From: Armatimonadota bacterium
GTDB taxonomy: Bacteria; Vulcanimicrobiota; JACPDS01; JBDRKI01
Assembly (NCBI GenBank): GCA_043814095.1
Contig: JBDRKI010000023.1
Coordinates: forward strand, 10,392 to 74,391
DNA: 64,000 bases
Direction: 5' to 3'
Shown here: piece by piece, positions 1 to 9,389 of the stretch
Position numbering within the stretch: position 1 is the stretch's first letter
Layout of the letters: each line of letters opens with the position of its first letter
Position numbers and translations under genes: made by a program
The notes under the pieces: generated by a model
Database searches by the model: none
Seen by the model: only the letters and a program-made list of their open reading frames with translations
Told to the model about the DNA's origin: nothing

Positions 1-7
1 TTATTAC

Positions 8-83
8 GCGCCCGTAGCTCAACGGATAGAGCGCCGGCCTCCGGAGCCGTAGGTTGGAGGTTCAAATCCTCTCGGGCGCACCA
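8..83 (+). tRNA. tRNA-Arg (anticodon CCG)
   Basis: Acceptor stem GCGCCCG/CGGGCGC, D-arm TAGCTCAACGGATAGAGC, anticodon loop CT-CCG-GA, T-loop GGTTCAAATCC, encoded 3' CCA; 76 nt. Confidence 0.97.
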
Positions 84-183
84 TATTTTTTAAAGGACAA
101 ATTGCGCAGGAAAAGAAAGATGAAACATATATAAATAAGGCAACATATTTATAAACAAAACAAATAATTTTAAGGATGAAAAT

Positions 184-1347
184 ATGACTAAACGTATTAC
201 TGCTGTATTAATTGTTCTTTTTTTTGCATGCGGGCTTGCGTACGGGGCGCCCGGACATAAAAAAATTCCCGAAATAGTGGGACTTATAAAACCCGCCGTT
301 GTAACGGTAATAATTTATGACAGCAAGGGCGAACAGGTGTCCCAGGCCAGCGGTTTTTTTGTGGCAAAAGATCAGATAGTTTCAAACAGGCATATTTTTG
401 AGGGAGGTTACAGCGCCGAGATAAAAGCGTTTAACGGCAAAACATATAAAGTTAAGGGCGTTATAGGCGATGACAGGGGATGGGACATTGTTCTTCTAAG
501 CGTGGATACTTCAGATATGGATGTTCAGCCCCTTGTTTTAGTAAATAAGTATCCCAAAGAAGGTCAGAAAATAGTTGTAATAGGAAGCCCGAGGGGGTTA
601 GAATACACAATATCAGACGGCATTATATCTTCCATAAGAAGGATTAAAGAATTCGGCAAAGTGCTTCAGATAACAGCCCCTCTTTCACCTGGTTCCAGCG
701 GAAGTCCGGTGGTGAACTTAAACGGTGAAGTTGTGGGGGTAGCCTCATCCCAGGTTCATCACGCCCAGAATCTTAATTTTGCCGTGCCGAGCGAGAGAGT
801 GCTGGGTCTTGCTCCTTTCGCTAACCTGAAGACGGTATACGCGTGGGTTTCGGGTAGTGCCGATTTAAACAACAAAATATTTCAGGATAAGCGTCTCGGC
901 TACAGAATAATGTATCCCCTGGACTGGGTATGCACGCAGTTATCCGCTTACCAGGTTGTTTTTAACGGGGAAAAAGGCACTAATGCATATTATGCCATAA
1001 TTGATATCCAGGTTGTTTCCCCTGATGAGATAGGCGAAGAAACCGATGATCTGGAATTAATAGTTAAAAGCTTCAAGAGACAGTTTATTAAAGAAGCCCC
1101 TGATGCCAAGATTTACAATGAGAAGCCGTTTATATGCAGAACAGATGAGGGGGACCTTCTTCGCGGTCAGGAATTTACAATAGAATACCAAAGAAAAGGA
1201 AAGCATTTTAAGCAGTGGCAGATTTTTCTGCCAAGGCCGGAAGGCAAGCTTTTTTATACATGGACATATGTAACTCCTGCCGATCAGTATGACAGGTTCT
1301 TGAATACGGCAAAAGCCATGCTTGGCTCGTGGGAGATAGCGAGGTAG
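184..1347 (+). CDS. Secreted trypsin-like (S1C/HtrA-type, PDZ-less) serine protease with C-terminal PsbP/DUF1795-like domain
   Basis: Signal peptide; triad motifs SNRH, DIVLL, SPGSSGSP; NLNFAVP; C-terminal YRIMYPLDW...MLGSW pattern. Confidence 0.85.
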   Translation: MTKRITAVLIVLFFACGLAYGAPGHKKIPEIVGLIKPAVVTVIIYDSKGEQVSQASGFFVAKDQIVSNRHIFEGGYSAEIKAFNGKTYKVKGVIGDDRGWDIVLLSVDTSDMDVQPLVLVNKYPKEGQKIVVIGSPRGLEYTISDGIISSIRRIKEFGKVLQITAPLSPGSSGSPVVNLNGEVVGVASSQVHHAQNLNFAVPSERVLGLAPFANLKTVYAWVSGSADLNNKIFQDKRLGYRIMYPLDWVCTQLSAYQVVFNGEKGTNAYYAIIDIQVVSPDEIGEETDDLELIVKSFKRQFIKEAPDAKIYNEKPFICRTDEGDLLRGQEFTIEYQRKGKHFKQWQIFLPRPEGKLFYTWTYVTPADQYDRFLNTAKAMLGSWEIAR

Positions 1348-1374
1348 AATAAGTAAAATAAATTAAGTTAAATA

Positions 1375-1411
1375 AAAAAGCCGTCCTGATATAATATCAA
1401 GACGGCTTTTT
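1375..1411. terminator. Bidirectional intrinsic terminator
   Basis: AAAAAGCCGTC...GACGGCTTTTT between convergent genes. Confidence 0.85.
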
Positions 1412-1419
1412 GTATTACA

Positions 1420-2226
1420 TTACTGTTTAACAAGTACTACATTATATTCAACTTCAGCTTCATTATTACCGTTAACATTATCATTGCCAATATTTATTTT
1501 TACCTTAAATTTATTATTGACAATAAACTGGGACTGTAAAGGTATATTGAACATAAATACTCTCTGGGTCTGGTTTGGTCCCGGATAAGTTCTCGGTGCG
1601 TTCCAGTAAGGGCTGTTATTTATATATATCTGCGGGCTGCCTTGTTTGCTTGGAGCGTTACCGTTATTTCTGATCATAGCTGATACATATATGCTTTGAC
1701 CGGGTGTTATTTGAGCAAGCGCCTGACCATCCTGTGAACCAGAGATTATTAATTCTGTCACCTGCCAGTCTTGGTTAGCTGCCTGCTGTACCGGCACTGT
1801 AGCTTCGGCTTGGTTATTGCCGTTATTGCCGTCATTGGGTATAACTACCCTTACCTTAAACTGGTTATTTGCCGTATATTGAGCATTTACGGGCAACAGG
1901 AAGAGGAATACTCTCTGGGTCTGTCCCGGTCCCGGGAAAGTTCTGGGTGCGTTCCAGAAAACGTTATTGCTGTTATTGAGGAAAACATTGGGTGTTTTAG
2001 TTCCCTGCGGTCCGTCCCCGTTATTTTTAACCATGACGGACACATAGACACTGTCACCCATTTCAAGCTGTTGAACCGCGGGCCCGTTCTGTAAAGTTGA
2101 GAGTATGACCTGCTGTATCTCCCAGTCAGGTTTGGCTTGTTTTCTGGATTGAGAATAAACCGAACCTGAAGTCAGAAAAAAACTAATTAGGATAAGAAGG
2201 GTTAAAAGAAAAAATCTTTTTTTCAT
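1420..2226 (-). CDS. Secreted protein with two tandem Ig-like (CARDB-like) repeats
   Basis: Signal peptide; two ~117-aa repeats (DWxI..., V/IxNxG, WNAPRTxPGPxQTQRV, NNxAE); RBS GGAGG. Confidence 0.75.
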   Translation of the reverse strand: MKKRFFLLTLLILISFFLTSGSVYSQSRKQAKPDWEIQQVILSTLQNGPAVQQLEMGDSVYVSVMVKNNGDGPQGTKTPNVFLNNSNNVFWNAPRTFPGPGQTQRVFLFLLPVNAQYTANNQFKVRVVIPNDGNNGNNQAEATVPVQQAANQDWQVTELIISGSQDGQALAQITPGQSIYVSAMIRNNGNAPSKQGSPQIYINNSPYWNAPRTYPGPNQTQRVFMFNIPLQSQFIVNNKFKVKINIGNDNVNGNNEAEVEYNVVLVKQ

Positions 2227-2295
2227 TGATTTCCTCCCCTGATAGATTATTTTATCTACAACCTTCTGTTTTTTTAATATTTCTCCTTTGAAAAT

Positions 2296-2327
2296 AAAAA
2301 AGACCGTGTGTGTTTACACGGTCTTTT
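2296..2327. terminator. Intrinsic terminator closing the catabolic cluster
   Basis: AAAAGACCGTGT...ACACGGTCTTTT hairpin with A/T tails. Confidence 0.85.
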
Positions 2328-2343
2328 AATAGAAGTTTAATTT

Positions 2344-3201
2344 TTAACTGAGCGATAAAGCAGGTTTTAACAGTTCATCGGTGTATGAATCAAGATTTCT
2401 GTCTTTTATGTGATCAAATTTTCTTTTTGCGTTTATCCCGTAAGATACTGTTTTATCTTTGTCGGGCTTTAATTCCGCGAATACTATCTCTTCACTGCCT
2501 CTTGCAAGTGCCAGTTTATGGGCATTAGGGTCTACAATCATGGAATGGCCGAAATAGTAGTTTGCATCACCGTCAGGCCCCACCGTGTTTACCGCAACAA
2601 CATGAACATGGTTGTCATATGCTCTTGCCTTGTTTGTAAGATCCCAGATGTCAAAGCTTCTGAGTAAAGCCGAAGGTCTTACTATTATCTCCGCTCCTCT
2701 TAATGCCAGTATCCTTGCAAGTTCGGGGAAATCGCCGTCATAACATATCATAAGCCCGACTTTTCCGAAATCGGTATCTACTATGACGATATCTTTGCCG
2801 GGATGCGCCCATCCGCCTTCTGCATGTCTTTCAGTGGGGAATAAGTGTATTTTTCTGTAGATACCTTTTATCTCGCCCTTTTTATTTATATATACCGCGA
2901 CATTGTAGATTTTGTCTTTCTGGCGTTCATACATAGGAAGAACTATATCTACATTAAGCTCCTTGCATAAACCGCTTATAAATTCCGTGGAGCGTCCCGG
3001 TATCTGTTCTGTGTATTTTAAAAAGTTTTTCGCGGGTATGCCCGGCGCGAATGTTGTTGTTATGCTTTCCGGGAATACAATTAAATGCGGCTTGAATTCT
3101 TTAACCGCTTTTCTGGTCCATACGCCCATCTTAGTTAAGTTTTCTTCCACGGCAAGCGGTTTTGCCGCAATTTGTATCCCGCAGACTCTGCATTTTTTCA
3201 T
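2344..3201 (-). CDS. Carbon-nitrogen hydrolase (nitrilase superfamily amidase/carbamoylase)
   Basis: Catalytic E-K-C motifs FPES, YRKIHLF, ICYDGDFPE; GHSMIVDP. Confidence 0.92.
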   Translation of the reverse strand: MKKCRVCGIQIAAKPLAVEENLTKMGVWTRKAVKEFKPHLIVFPESITTTFAPGIPAKNFLKYTEQIPGRSTEFISGLCKELNVDIVLPMYERQKDKIYNVAVYINKKGEIKGIYRKIHLFPTERHAEGGWAHPGKDIVIVDTDFGKVGLMICYDGDFPELARILALRGAEIIVRPSALLRSFDIWDLTNKARAYDNHVHVVAVNTVGPDGDANYYFGHSMIVDPNAHKLALARGSEEIVFAELKPDKDKTVSYGINAKRKFDHIKDRNLDSYTDELLKPALSLS

Positions 3202-3212
3202 GTTATCTCCGT

Positions 3213-3965
3213 TTATTCCTCATGGAAGGCGACTACTCTGGCGAACGCGCTTTCCCCGCCTAAAAACTTCCAGGGGAATATGCCGATATTTGTTCTTTTA
3301 TTTAAGAGTTTATCTATTTCCCCGCCTAAATTTTCCGCATGTATAATATTGTGCGGGAATAATACTATATGCATTAACTGGTAATGATCTTTAGGAAAAA
3401 GCTGATCAAGTGTTTTACCATGTTTTTCCGCACATTCCTGGGCGAGGTCGGGTCTCCATTCCCTTATTTTGGTGTTAAACGGATGGTCCGCGCTTCCGCA
3501 GTCAACGCCTATCCATTTGATTTTTTTCTTTATGCACCACTGGGCGAATTCCATGGAGGGCCCCGGGTGTTTAATCATATATCTTACTTCATCCGCATCG
3601 GGCTGGTCCCATGCGTAATGATGGTATCCCGTATGTATAATTAGGATGTCTCTTTCTTTTACTTCAACTCTGTCTTCAATATCCTTAGAGGTATAGAAGC
3701 CGTAATCTTCCGCTATATCGCTTAGGTCAACCACCGCAGCCGGACCGTATAAATCTTCCAGGGGGACAGAGGCAATATCTCTCCCGTTTGTGCAGAAATG
3801 AAGAGATCCGTCAAGATGGGTTCCCACATGGTTGCTTGTTGTTATAAGCTGGCCGTTAGCTCCGTTGGTTGAGAGGCGTTTGAAAAATTTAACCTGCAGG
3901 GGCTCGTAAGTCGGCCATGCAGGGGTATTCGCGCCCGTATTTTGAGTTAAATCGTATAATTTCAT
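3213..3965 (-). CDS. Cyclase-family metal-dependent hydrolase (kynurenine formamidase-like)
   Basis: HVGTHLDGSLH motif (HxGTHxDxxxH), IIHTG, GVDCGSAD, HAENL. Confidence 0.9.
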   Translation of the reverse strand: MKLYDLTQNTGANTPAWPTYEPLQVKFFKRLSTNGANGQLITTSNHVGTHLDGSLHFCTNGRDIASVPLEDLYGPAAVVDLSDIAEDYGFYTSKDIEDRVEVKERDILIIHTGYHHYAWDQPDADEVRYMIKHPGPSMEFAQWCIKKKIKWIGVDCGSADHPFNTKIREWRPDLAQECAEKHGKTLDQLFPKDHYQLMHIVLFPHNIIHAENLGGEIDKLLNKRTNIGIFPWKFLGGESAFARVVAFHEE

Positions 3966-5149
3966 ATTACACCGTCCTTCTTTAATTTTTCTATCTCATT
4001 ATAATCATATTCCAGGAATTCTTCAAGTATGGAGAATGTATGCTCCCCAAGTTCCGGCGCTTTGCCTCTTTTATCGGAATCTTCGGATGAGCTCATTTTG
4101 ACTGGATTTCCCGCAAGAGTCATTCTCCCTATAACGGGATCTTCTGTTTCAACGAACATTTTTCTTATCTTTAACTGTGGATTTTTTGCTACCTCTTCCA
4201 TTTTAGCTATGCGGGTAGAGGGGATATGGTGTGTATGGAGTATTTCTTCCCATTCGGAAGCTGTTTTCTTTGAGAATAATTCTTCCAGTATCTGTGATAT
4301 TTCAATGTAGTTTTCACACCTTAGCTTATTTGTCTTAAACTTAGGGTTTTCTTTAAGTTCTATAAGCTCTAATGCATTACAGAAAGTTTCCCATATTTTA
4401 TCGTTCCCGATGGCCACTATAAGCCACGCGTCTTTTGTCTTAAATGCCTGGAAAGGGGTTATTGTCGGGTGGCGCGTGCCTAAAGGGGCAGGGGAGGACC
4501 CGTCCACAAGATACCTTATAAGGGCGTTCTCAAGTATCGCAAGCTGGCAGTCAAGCATTGATATATCAAGTTTCTGTCCCTTACCCGTTATTGTTCTCTG
4601 GTAGATAGCGGCATTTATACCTATAGCCGCGAAGAGCGCCACTACTATATCGCCGACCGACATACCCACCCTTACCGGCGGGCCTTCAGGCCAGCCGGTT
4701 ATACTCATCATGCCGCCGAGCGCCTGGACTATCATATCATAAGCAGGCTTATTAGCCCAGGGTCCGGTATGGCCGAACCCCGATAAAGATGCGTATATTA
4801 ATTTAGGATTTAATTCTTTTAATGTTTCATACCCGAGCCCTAATTTCTCCATAGTTCCCGGACGGAAGTTTTCTACCAGAACATCCGCTTTTTTTACAAA
4901 CCTTTTTATTATTTCAATACCTTCTTCTTTTTTAAGATCAACGGTTATGCTTTCTTTCTCCCTGTTAATGCTTAAAAAATAGACGCTTTTCTCGTTTTTA
5001 AACGGCCCGTAATGGCGGGAATCATCTCCTTTTACGGGGTGTTCTATTTTAACAACACGGGCTCCCATCTCACGAAGGAGCATGGTGCAGTATGGTCCGG
5101 CAAGTACCCGGGACATATCAAGTACTACTATATTTTCCAGAGGTTTCAT
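3962..5149 (-). CDS. Class III CoA-transferase (CaiB/BaiF/Frc family)
   Basis: VLDMSRVLAGPYC, VENFRPG, SGFGHTGP, catalytic Asp in SVGDIV, APELGEHT. Confidence 0.95.
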   Translation of the reverse strand: MKPLENIVVLDMSRVLAGPYCTMLLREMGARVVKIEHPVKGDDSRHYGPFKNEKSVYFLSINREKESITVDLKKEEGIEIIKRFVKKADVLVENFRPGTMEKLGLGYETLKELNPKLIYASLSGFGHTGPWANKPAYDMIVQALGGMMSITGWPEGPPVRVGMSVGDIVVALFAAIGINAAIYQRTITGKGQKLDISMLDCQLAILENALIRYLVDGSSPAPLGTRHPTITPFQAFKTKDAWLIVAIGNDKIWETFCNALELIELKENPKFKTNKLRCENYIEISQILEELFSKKTASEWEEILHTHHIPSTRIAKMEEVAKNPQLKIRKMFVETEDPVIGRMTLAGNPVKMSSSEDSDKRGKAPELGEHTFSILEEFLEYDYNEIEKLKKDGVI

Positions 5150-5165
5150 GTTTTTCTCCTGGTTT

Positions 5166-5388
5166 TTAATGTTTGTTTATGTGTAAAATTTGTTTTGTTT
5201 TTTGCAGAAAATCAGCAGCAGATTCAATACATGAAGAAGCCCCTTCTTTGGAGAATTCTCCATGATAGTCGGCGCTTTCCCTAAGTATCATAGCAGAATG
5301 TAGATTCTTTAATAATACTTCCTTTAAAGGGTATGATTTTTTGCCTTTCAATTGCTTTTTGAAATTCTAAGTCCTCTTTTCTTCCCAT
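5166..5388 (-). pseudogene. Internally deleted, frameshifted HEPN-domain toxin
   Basis: N-terminus MGRKEDLEFQKAIERQKIIPFK (ATG 5388, overlapping the MNT stop) is out of frame with the HEPN C-terminus AMILRESADY...AADFL; too short for a HEPN domain. Confidence 0.7.
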
Positions 5389-5903
5389 AATAGAATACCT
5401 CTTTCTAATTCTTCGTAAAAGACAGGATTGTTTTTTTTGGTTTTTATAAGCTCATTGGGTGTTTTAATAACATATTGAATCTTTTCTCTCAAGCTGTCTT
5501 TAAAAATTATTTTTTCGGCTTTGTCCGGGTATTGTGTAATAATAAAAATATCTATATCGCTTTGAGAGTGATTTTTTCCCGTTGCGCAGCTTCCGTAAAG
5601 AATTATTTTTATGGATATTTCTTTCAGTTTGTCAATTAACGGTTGTAAAAAAGTAGCGGTTTGCAATATTTTTAAATGCTTTATAATTATACTGTCCGTA
5701 GGTGCTTTATAGAAAGACATTCTGCCGCGTTTTTCTCTTAAAATTAATCCCTTTTCAGCCAAATTTCTCAATGCGAAATTTGTTCCTGCTCTGCTTACTC
5801 CTGTTAATTTTGAAATTTCACGGTCGAAATATTCATTGCCCGGATTTTGAATAAGGAAAGAGAGTATCTTTTGCGCATTAGTAAAAAACAAGAGATTTTG
5901 CAT
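5367..5903 (-). CDS. wHTH + minimal nucleotidyltransferase (MNT) antitoxin-like protein
   Basis: N-terminal HTH (REISKLTGVSRAG); GSx10DxD motif GSCATGKNHSQSDID. Confidence 0.88.
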   Translation of the reverse strand: MQNLLFFTNAQKILSFLIQNPGNEYFDREISKLTGVSRAGTNFALRNLAEKGLILREKRGRMSFYKAPTDSIIIKHLKILQTATFLQPLIDKLKEISIKIILYGSCATGKNHSQSDIDIFIITQYPDKAEKIIFKDSLREKIQYVIKTPNELIKTKKNNPVFYEELERGILLWEEKRT

Positions 5904-5915
5904 TACAAACGCCCC

Positions 5916-5969
5916 AATCTATTATATTAGATTTAAATCTATTATAATAGATTTAAAGTTTTAAGTCAA
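5916..5969 (-). promoter_or_regulatory. Sigma70 promoter with overlapping tandem palindromic operator
   Basis: Minus strand TTGACT-17nt-TATAAT; perfect 26-bp palindrome TTTAAATCTATTATAATAGATTTAAA (5932-5957) plus a near copy 20 bp away. Confidence 0.8.
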
Positions 5970-5982
5970 GTATTACATATTG

Positions 5983-7236
5983 TTATACTTTTATTTTTTC
6001 CATATCTTCAACATACGCCTCAAAGGCTTCTTCAAAGCAGTTTCCGGGAGGTTTAACGAGCCCTGCTCCCACCTGTCCTATACCTGCTTCTTTATGGGCT
6101 ATGCCGGTATTTATAGCGGGAAGTATCCCCGTTTCAATTATTTTTGCAAGATTAAATCCTGTAGGCGTGCCCCTGAAGTTGACTGCCGGTATCTTATAGG
6201 TTGTGTTTTCCGCGTCGGTAATCTGGTACATGTCGAGCGTTGTTTTTACGGCGTCACGCGGCGTGCCGCCCACAAACTGGACTATAGCAGGCGCGCCTGC
6301 CATTGCTACACCGCCTATGCCGGAGGTCTCGGTAATAACACTGTCCCCTATATCCGGGTTAGCATCGTCTTTTGTAAATCCGGGGAAGTATAATCCATCC
6401 ACATCCTGCGCGGGTCCTGTGAACCACTTATCCGGGAAATGGCTTATCTTTATCCCGAATTCGGTCCCGTTTCTTGCCATTGTTGTAATTATACAGCTCC
6501 CGTTTATGCCTTCAGCGGGCATAAGGGCGCATTTTGCGGCCGGCATTGTGAGATTAAGGAAGAAATGGTCATTGCTGTGTATAAATTCTAAAACTTTTGA
6601 AATTGTTTCTTTATCAAAGTTTGTTTTAACTATTGAAGGGGCAATTTCCCTTATAAACAGGGATGTGCCGGCTTTGTTTCTGTTATGGCCTTCGTCTCCC
6701 ATAAGGAGCGCCTGGGCTATAAGGTTTTTAAGATTAAGCTCGCCGCCATAGATTTTAAGAGCTTCAGACAATACGGGATAAAGCACATCTTCCATCCATT
6801 TTAATCTTGTTATTACTTCTTCAGAATACGCGCCGTATCTTAAGACTTTGCCTAATCCCTCATTAAGTGTGCAGTATGCCTTGTTTCCGTAAGTTTTATT
6901 TTCTACTATAAATACTGGCATGCTCGGTGTTATAACTCCCGCCATAGGGCCTACGGAACTGTGATGGTGGCAGGGTGCGAATTTTATTTCCCCGCTTTTG
7001 GCTAAAATTTCAGCTTCTTGAGGAGTTTTGGCCATCCCTTCATATATAATGCCGCCTATGATAGCGCCGCGGAGCGGCCCTGACATCTTTTCCCATGTTA
7101 TGGGAGGGCCTGCATGCAGGAAGAGATTTTTTTCCATGTTAGGTATAACATCTATGGCTTTCCCGAAACCCGTAAGGGTGGGTTGTGCCTGCATAATGGT
7201 ATCAATGACTTTTTTATTAGATTGATCAATATTCAT
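5983..7236 (-). CDS. ylbE: YlbE/YahG (DUF1116) protein, AllG-like oxamate carbamoyltransferase subunit
   Basis: LHAGPP, PCHHHSSVGPMAG, LNEGLGKVLRYGA, MGDEGHNRN, DIGDSVITET, INTGIAHKEAGIGQVGAG. Confidence 0.93.
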   Translation of the reverse strand: MNIDQSNKKVIDTIMQAQPTLTGFGKAIDVIPNMEKNLFLHAGPPITWEKMSGPLRGAIIGGIIYEGMAKTPQEAEILAKSGEIKFAPCHHHSSVGPMAGVITPSMPVFIVENKTYGNKAYCTLNEGLGKVLRYGAYSEEVITRLKWMEDVLYPVLSEALKIYGGELNLKNLIAQALLMGDEGHNRNKAGTSLFIREIAPSIVKTNFDKETISKVLEFIHSNDHFFLNLTMPAAKCALMPAEGINGSCIITTMARNGTEFGIKISHFPDKWFTGPAQDVDGLYFPGFTKDDANPDIGDSVITETSGIGGVAMAGAPAIVQFVGGTPRDAVKTTLDMYQITDAENTTYKIPAVNFRGTPTGFNLAKIIETGILPAINTGIAHKEAGIGQVGAGLVKPPGNCFEEAFEAYVEDMEKIKV

Positions 7237-7308
7237 AATTTACCTCTCAATAATTAATATAATTATAGCAAGTAAATTATAACATTGTGGAATTAGTGGA
7301 GCAAGTAC

Positions 7309-8157
7309 TTAAATCCCGATGATTCTTTTTAAGCCGCGGGGGAGCCGGTACCATTTTCTGCCCTGCACTTTTCTTATTTTCTCAGGTACGGTTCTTGTGG
7401 ATGGTTTTAACGGGCTTTTTGCTCTTGCGCCTGTAGGGAGGTCCGGTTTTGGGGCGGCAATCTGTTTTTTTCCGAGTTTTACAAAATCATCAAATCTTTC
7501 AAGAGAGCCGTTAATTCCCGGTTGGTAATATTTTTTAATGGCTGCTTCAAGTTTAAACTTCATAGCCAGATATCCGGTTTTTTTGTCTGTACATATCTTT
7601 TTAAGAGAGCTGTCTAGAATTCTGTTTAGCCGTTTTGAGATTCGATACCCTATATTATCCTTGCTTACATAAGCGGCCTGGCGTATCTCGTATTGAAATA
7701 TCCAGTTAATGTCTTTAACGCCGCTTATCCCGTAATCTACCAGAAGGGATGTAAATTGTCTCATTAGGTTTCTAAAGGCTCTTTCCTCATGGCTAAGTTC
7801 TGTAATATAGATGGTTTTAGTTCTTTCTGTCAGATTTTTACAAAGCTGGAAAAATTTATCTGAGCATTTATTATATCTGTTTTTACAAAGCCGGTATTTT
7901 TTAAATTTTTTGATGCTTCTGAATCCCTGCAGTCTTGTTAATTCTTTATCCAGGTCGCCCATTAAATTCCTTGTCTTGTGAATCTGGTCAAGGATTTTTA
8001 CACATTCCGGGTCTTTTTCAATTTTTTGCGCGAACCGGTTTATAAAATCAGATACTTGTTTGCGGGGAAATGTCTTTAGAAGTTCATCCCCGTTTTTTGC
8101 GGGTGATGAATTAAAATCTGAATTTTGTCCTGTTATTTTAATTATTGATGCATTCAT
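7309..8157 (-). CDS. Hypothetical basic protein
   Basis: 282-aa ORF with RBS GAGG; no recognised motif. Confidence 0.6.
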   Translation of the reverse strand: MNASIIKITGQNSDFNSSPAKNGDELLKTFPRKQVSDFINRFAQKIEKDPECVKILDQIHKTRNLMGDLDKELTRLQGFRSIKKFKKYRLCKNRYNKCSDKFFQLCKNLTERTKTIYITELSHEERAFRNLMRQFTSLLVDYGISGVKDINWIFQYEIRQAAYVSKDNIGYRISKRLNRILDSSLKKICTDKKTGYLAMKFKLEAAIKKYYQPGINGSLERFDDFVKLGKKQIAAPKPDLPTGARAKSPLKPSTRTVPEKIRKVQGRKWYRLPRGLKRIIGI

Positions 8158-8197
8158 TATCAGTCCTCTATTTATCTTAAGAAAGTATTATAATTAT

Positions 8198-9187
8198 TTA
8201 ACCGGATATGTCAATTACGCTGTCTACAAGCCCATAGAGCTCTTTATAGCTGTCCACTTTATATATATTATTCCTGAAAGCCGCGGCTCCTTTTATCCCT
8301 TTAAAATAATAAACAGCCATTTTACGGGCAAGGGGAACCGCTCTTTTCTCTCCGTAATATTCTCTTATGTATTCCGCGTGACGCAAGAAAACTTCTTTCT
8401 TTTCTGAAATATCGGGATAAGTTGTTACAGAATCAGTATCTGCCGCCGCTTCTATTTCTTTGAATATCCACGGGTTTCCGAATGCACCCCTTGCTATCAT
8501 AACACCGTCCACGCCTGTTTTCTCAACCATATTTTTTACATCTTCTGTGTTCATCAAGCCGCCGTTTCCCATAACAGGGATATGCATATCTTTTTTAATC
8601 TGCGCGATAGTTTCTATATCAACCGGCCCTGTATAGAATTCTTCCCTTGTTCTGCCGTGGATAGTGATTAAGTCTATGCCTTCATCCTCGGCTATTCTTG
8701 CAAGCTCCGGCGCTGTTTTATTATTCTTCGACCAGCCGGTTCTCATTTTGACCGATAATATGCCTTTATGCTCACTCCTTGCGGCCTTAATTATCTCTTT
8801 AGCATTATCAAGATTCTGCATTAGCGCTGCTCCGGCGCCTTCTTTTACTATTTTTCTTACAGGACACCCCATGTTTATGTCTATCCACCTGAAACCGTCT
8901 TTCTGGGAAAGGATATAAGCTGCTTTTTTTATCCAGTCAGGCTTACTTCCCACAATCTGGACCGCAAAGAATTCTTCTCCGGCATCCTTTAAGTATTCTT
9001 CTTGTGTTTTTTTATTGCCGTATATAAGAAGGCCGGTATGCACCATCTCGGAGAATAATACTTTGCCTCCTACCTCCGCCAGGATTTTCCTGAAAGGATA
9101 ATCAGAATACCCGCTCATAGGCGACATTACTATGCGGTTTGGGATTTCTATATCACGGATTGTTAGGGGTTGTATTAGGTGTTTCAT
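8198..9187 (-). CDS. dusB: tRNA-dihydrouridine synthase (DusB-like)
   Basis: SPMSGYSDYPFR, DINMGCP, HGRT, GNGG, MIARGAFGNPW. Confidence 0.92.
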   Translation of the reverse strand: MKHLIQPLTIRDIEIPNRIVMSPMSGYSDYPFRKILAEVGGKVLFSEMVHTGLLIYGNKKTQEEYLKDAGEEFFAVQIVGSKPDWIKKAAYILSQKDGFRWIDINMGCPVRKIVKEGAGAALMQNLDNAKEIIKAARSEHKGILSVKMRTGWSKNNKTAPELARIAEDEGIDLITIHGRTREEFYTGPVDIETIAQIKKDMHIPVMGNGGLMNTEDVKNMVEKTGVDGVMIARGAFGNPWIFKEIEAAADTDSVTTYPDISEKKEVFLRHAEYIREYYGEKRAVPLARKMAVYYFKGIKGAAAFRNNIYKVDSYKELYGLVDSVIDISG

Positions 9188-9197
9188 AATATTACTG

Positions 9198-9380
9198 TTA
9201 TTTTCTCAATTTATTATAACGTTCCAGCAGGTCCAGCATTTTTTTGTTTCCGCCTGCCGGAGGGCGCCACTGGACAGACACAACTTTTGTATTTTCTTTT
9301 TTAAGATTTTCCGCAAAAGAGGAAAGACCGATATTTAGGACTTTTAATTCTTTATTTATTAGGTTTGTGTTGTTTTTCAT
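9198..9380 (-). CDS. Small FdrA-associated protein (split-off FdrA C-terminal segment)
   Basis: KVLNIGLSSFAENL...VQWRPPAGGN motif typical of the FdrA tail; RBS AGGTG; directly follows fdrA. Confidence 0.8.
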   Translation of the reverse strand: MKNNTNLINKELKVLNIGLSSFAENLKKENTKVVSVQWRPPAGGNKKMLDLLERYNKLRK

Positions 9381-9389
9381 AAAATCACC

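Noticed and set aside
8-83. tRNA-Arg as attachment site of a genomic island
   Set aside because: No integrase nearby and no duplicated tRNA 3' end noticed in the window
5980-6751. Long antisense ORFs here and opposite fdrA, the Mo subunit, radA, clpC and mcsB
   Set aside because: Shadow frames of well-supported genes on the other strand
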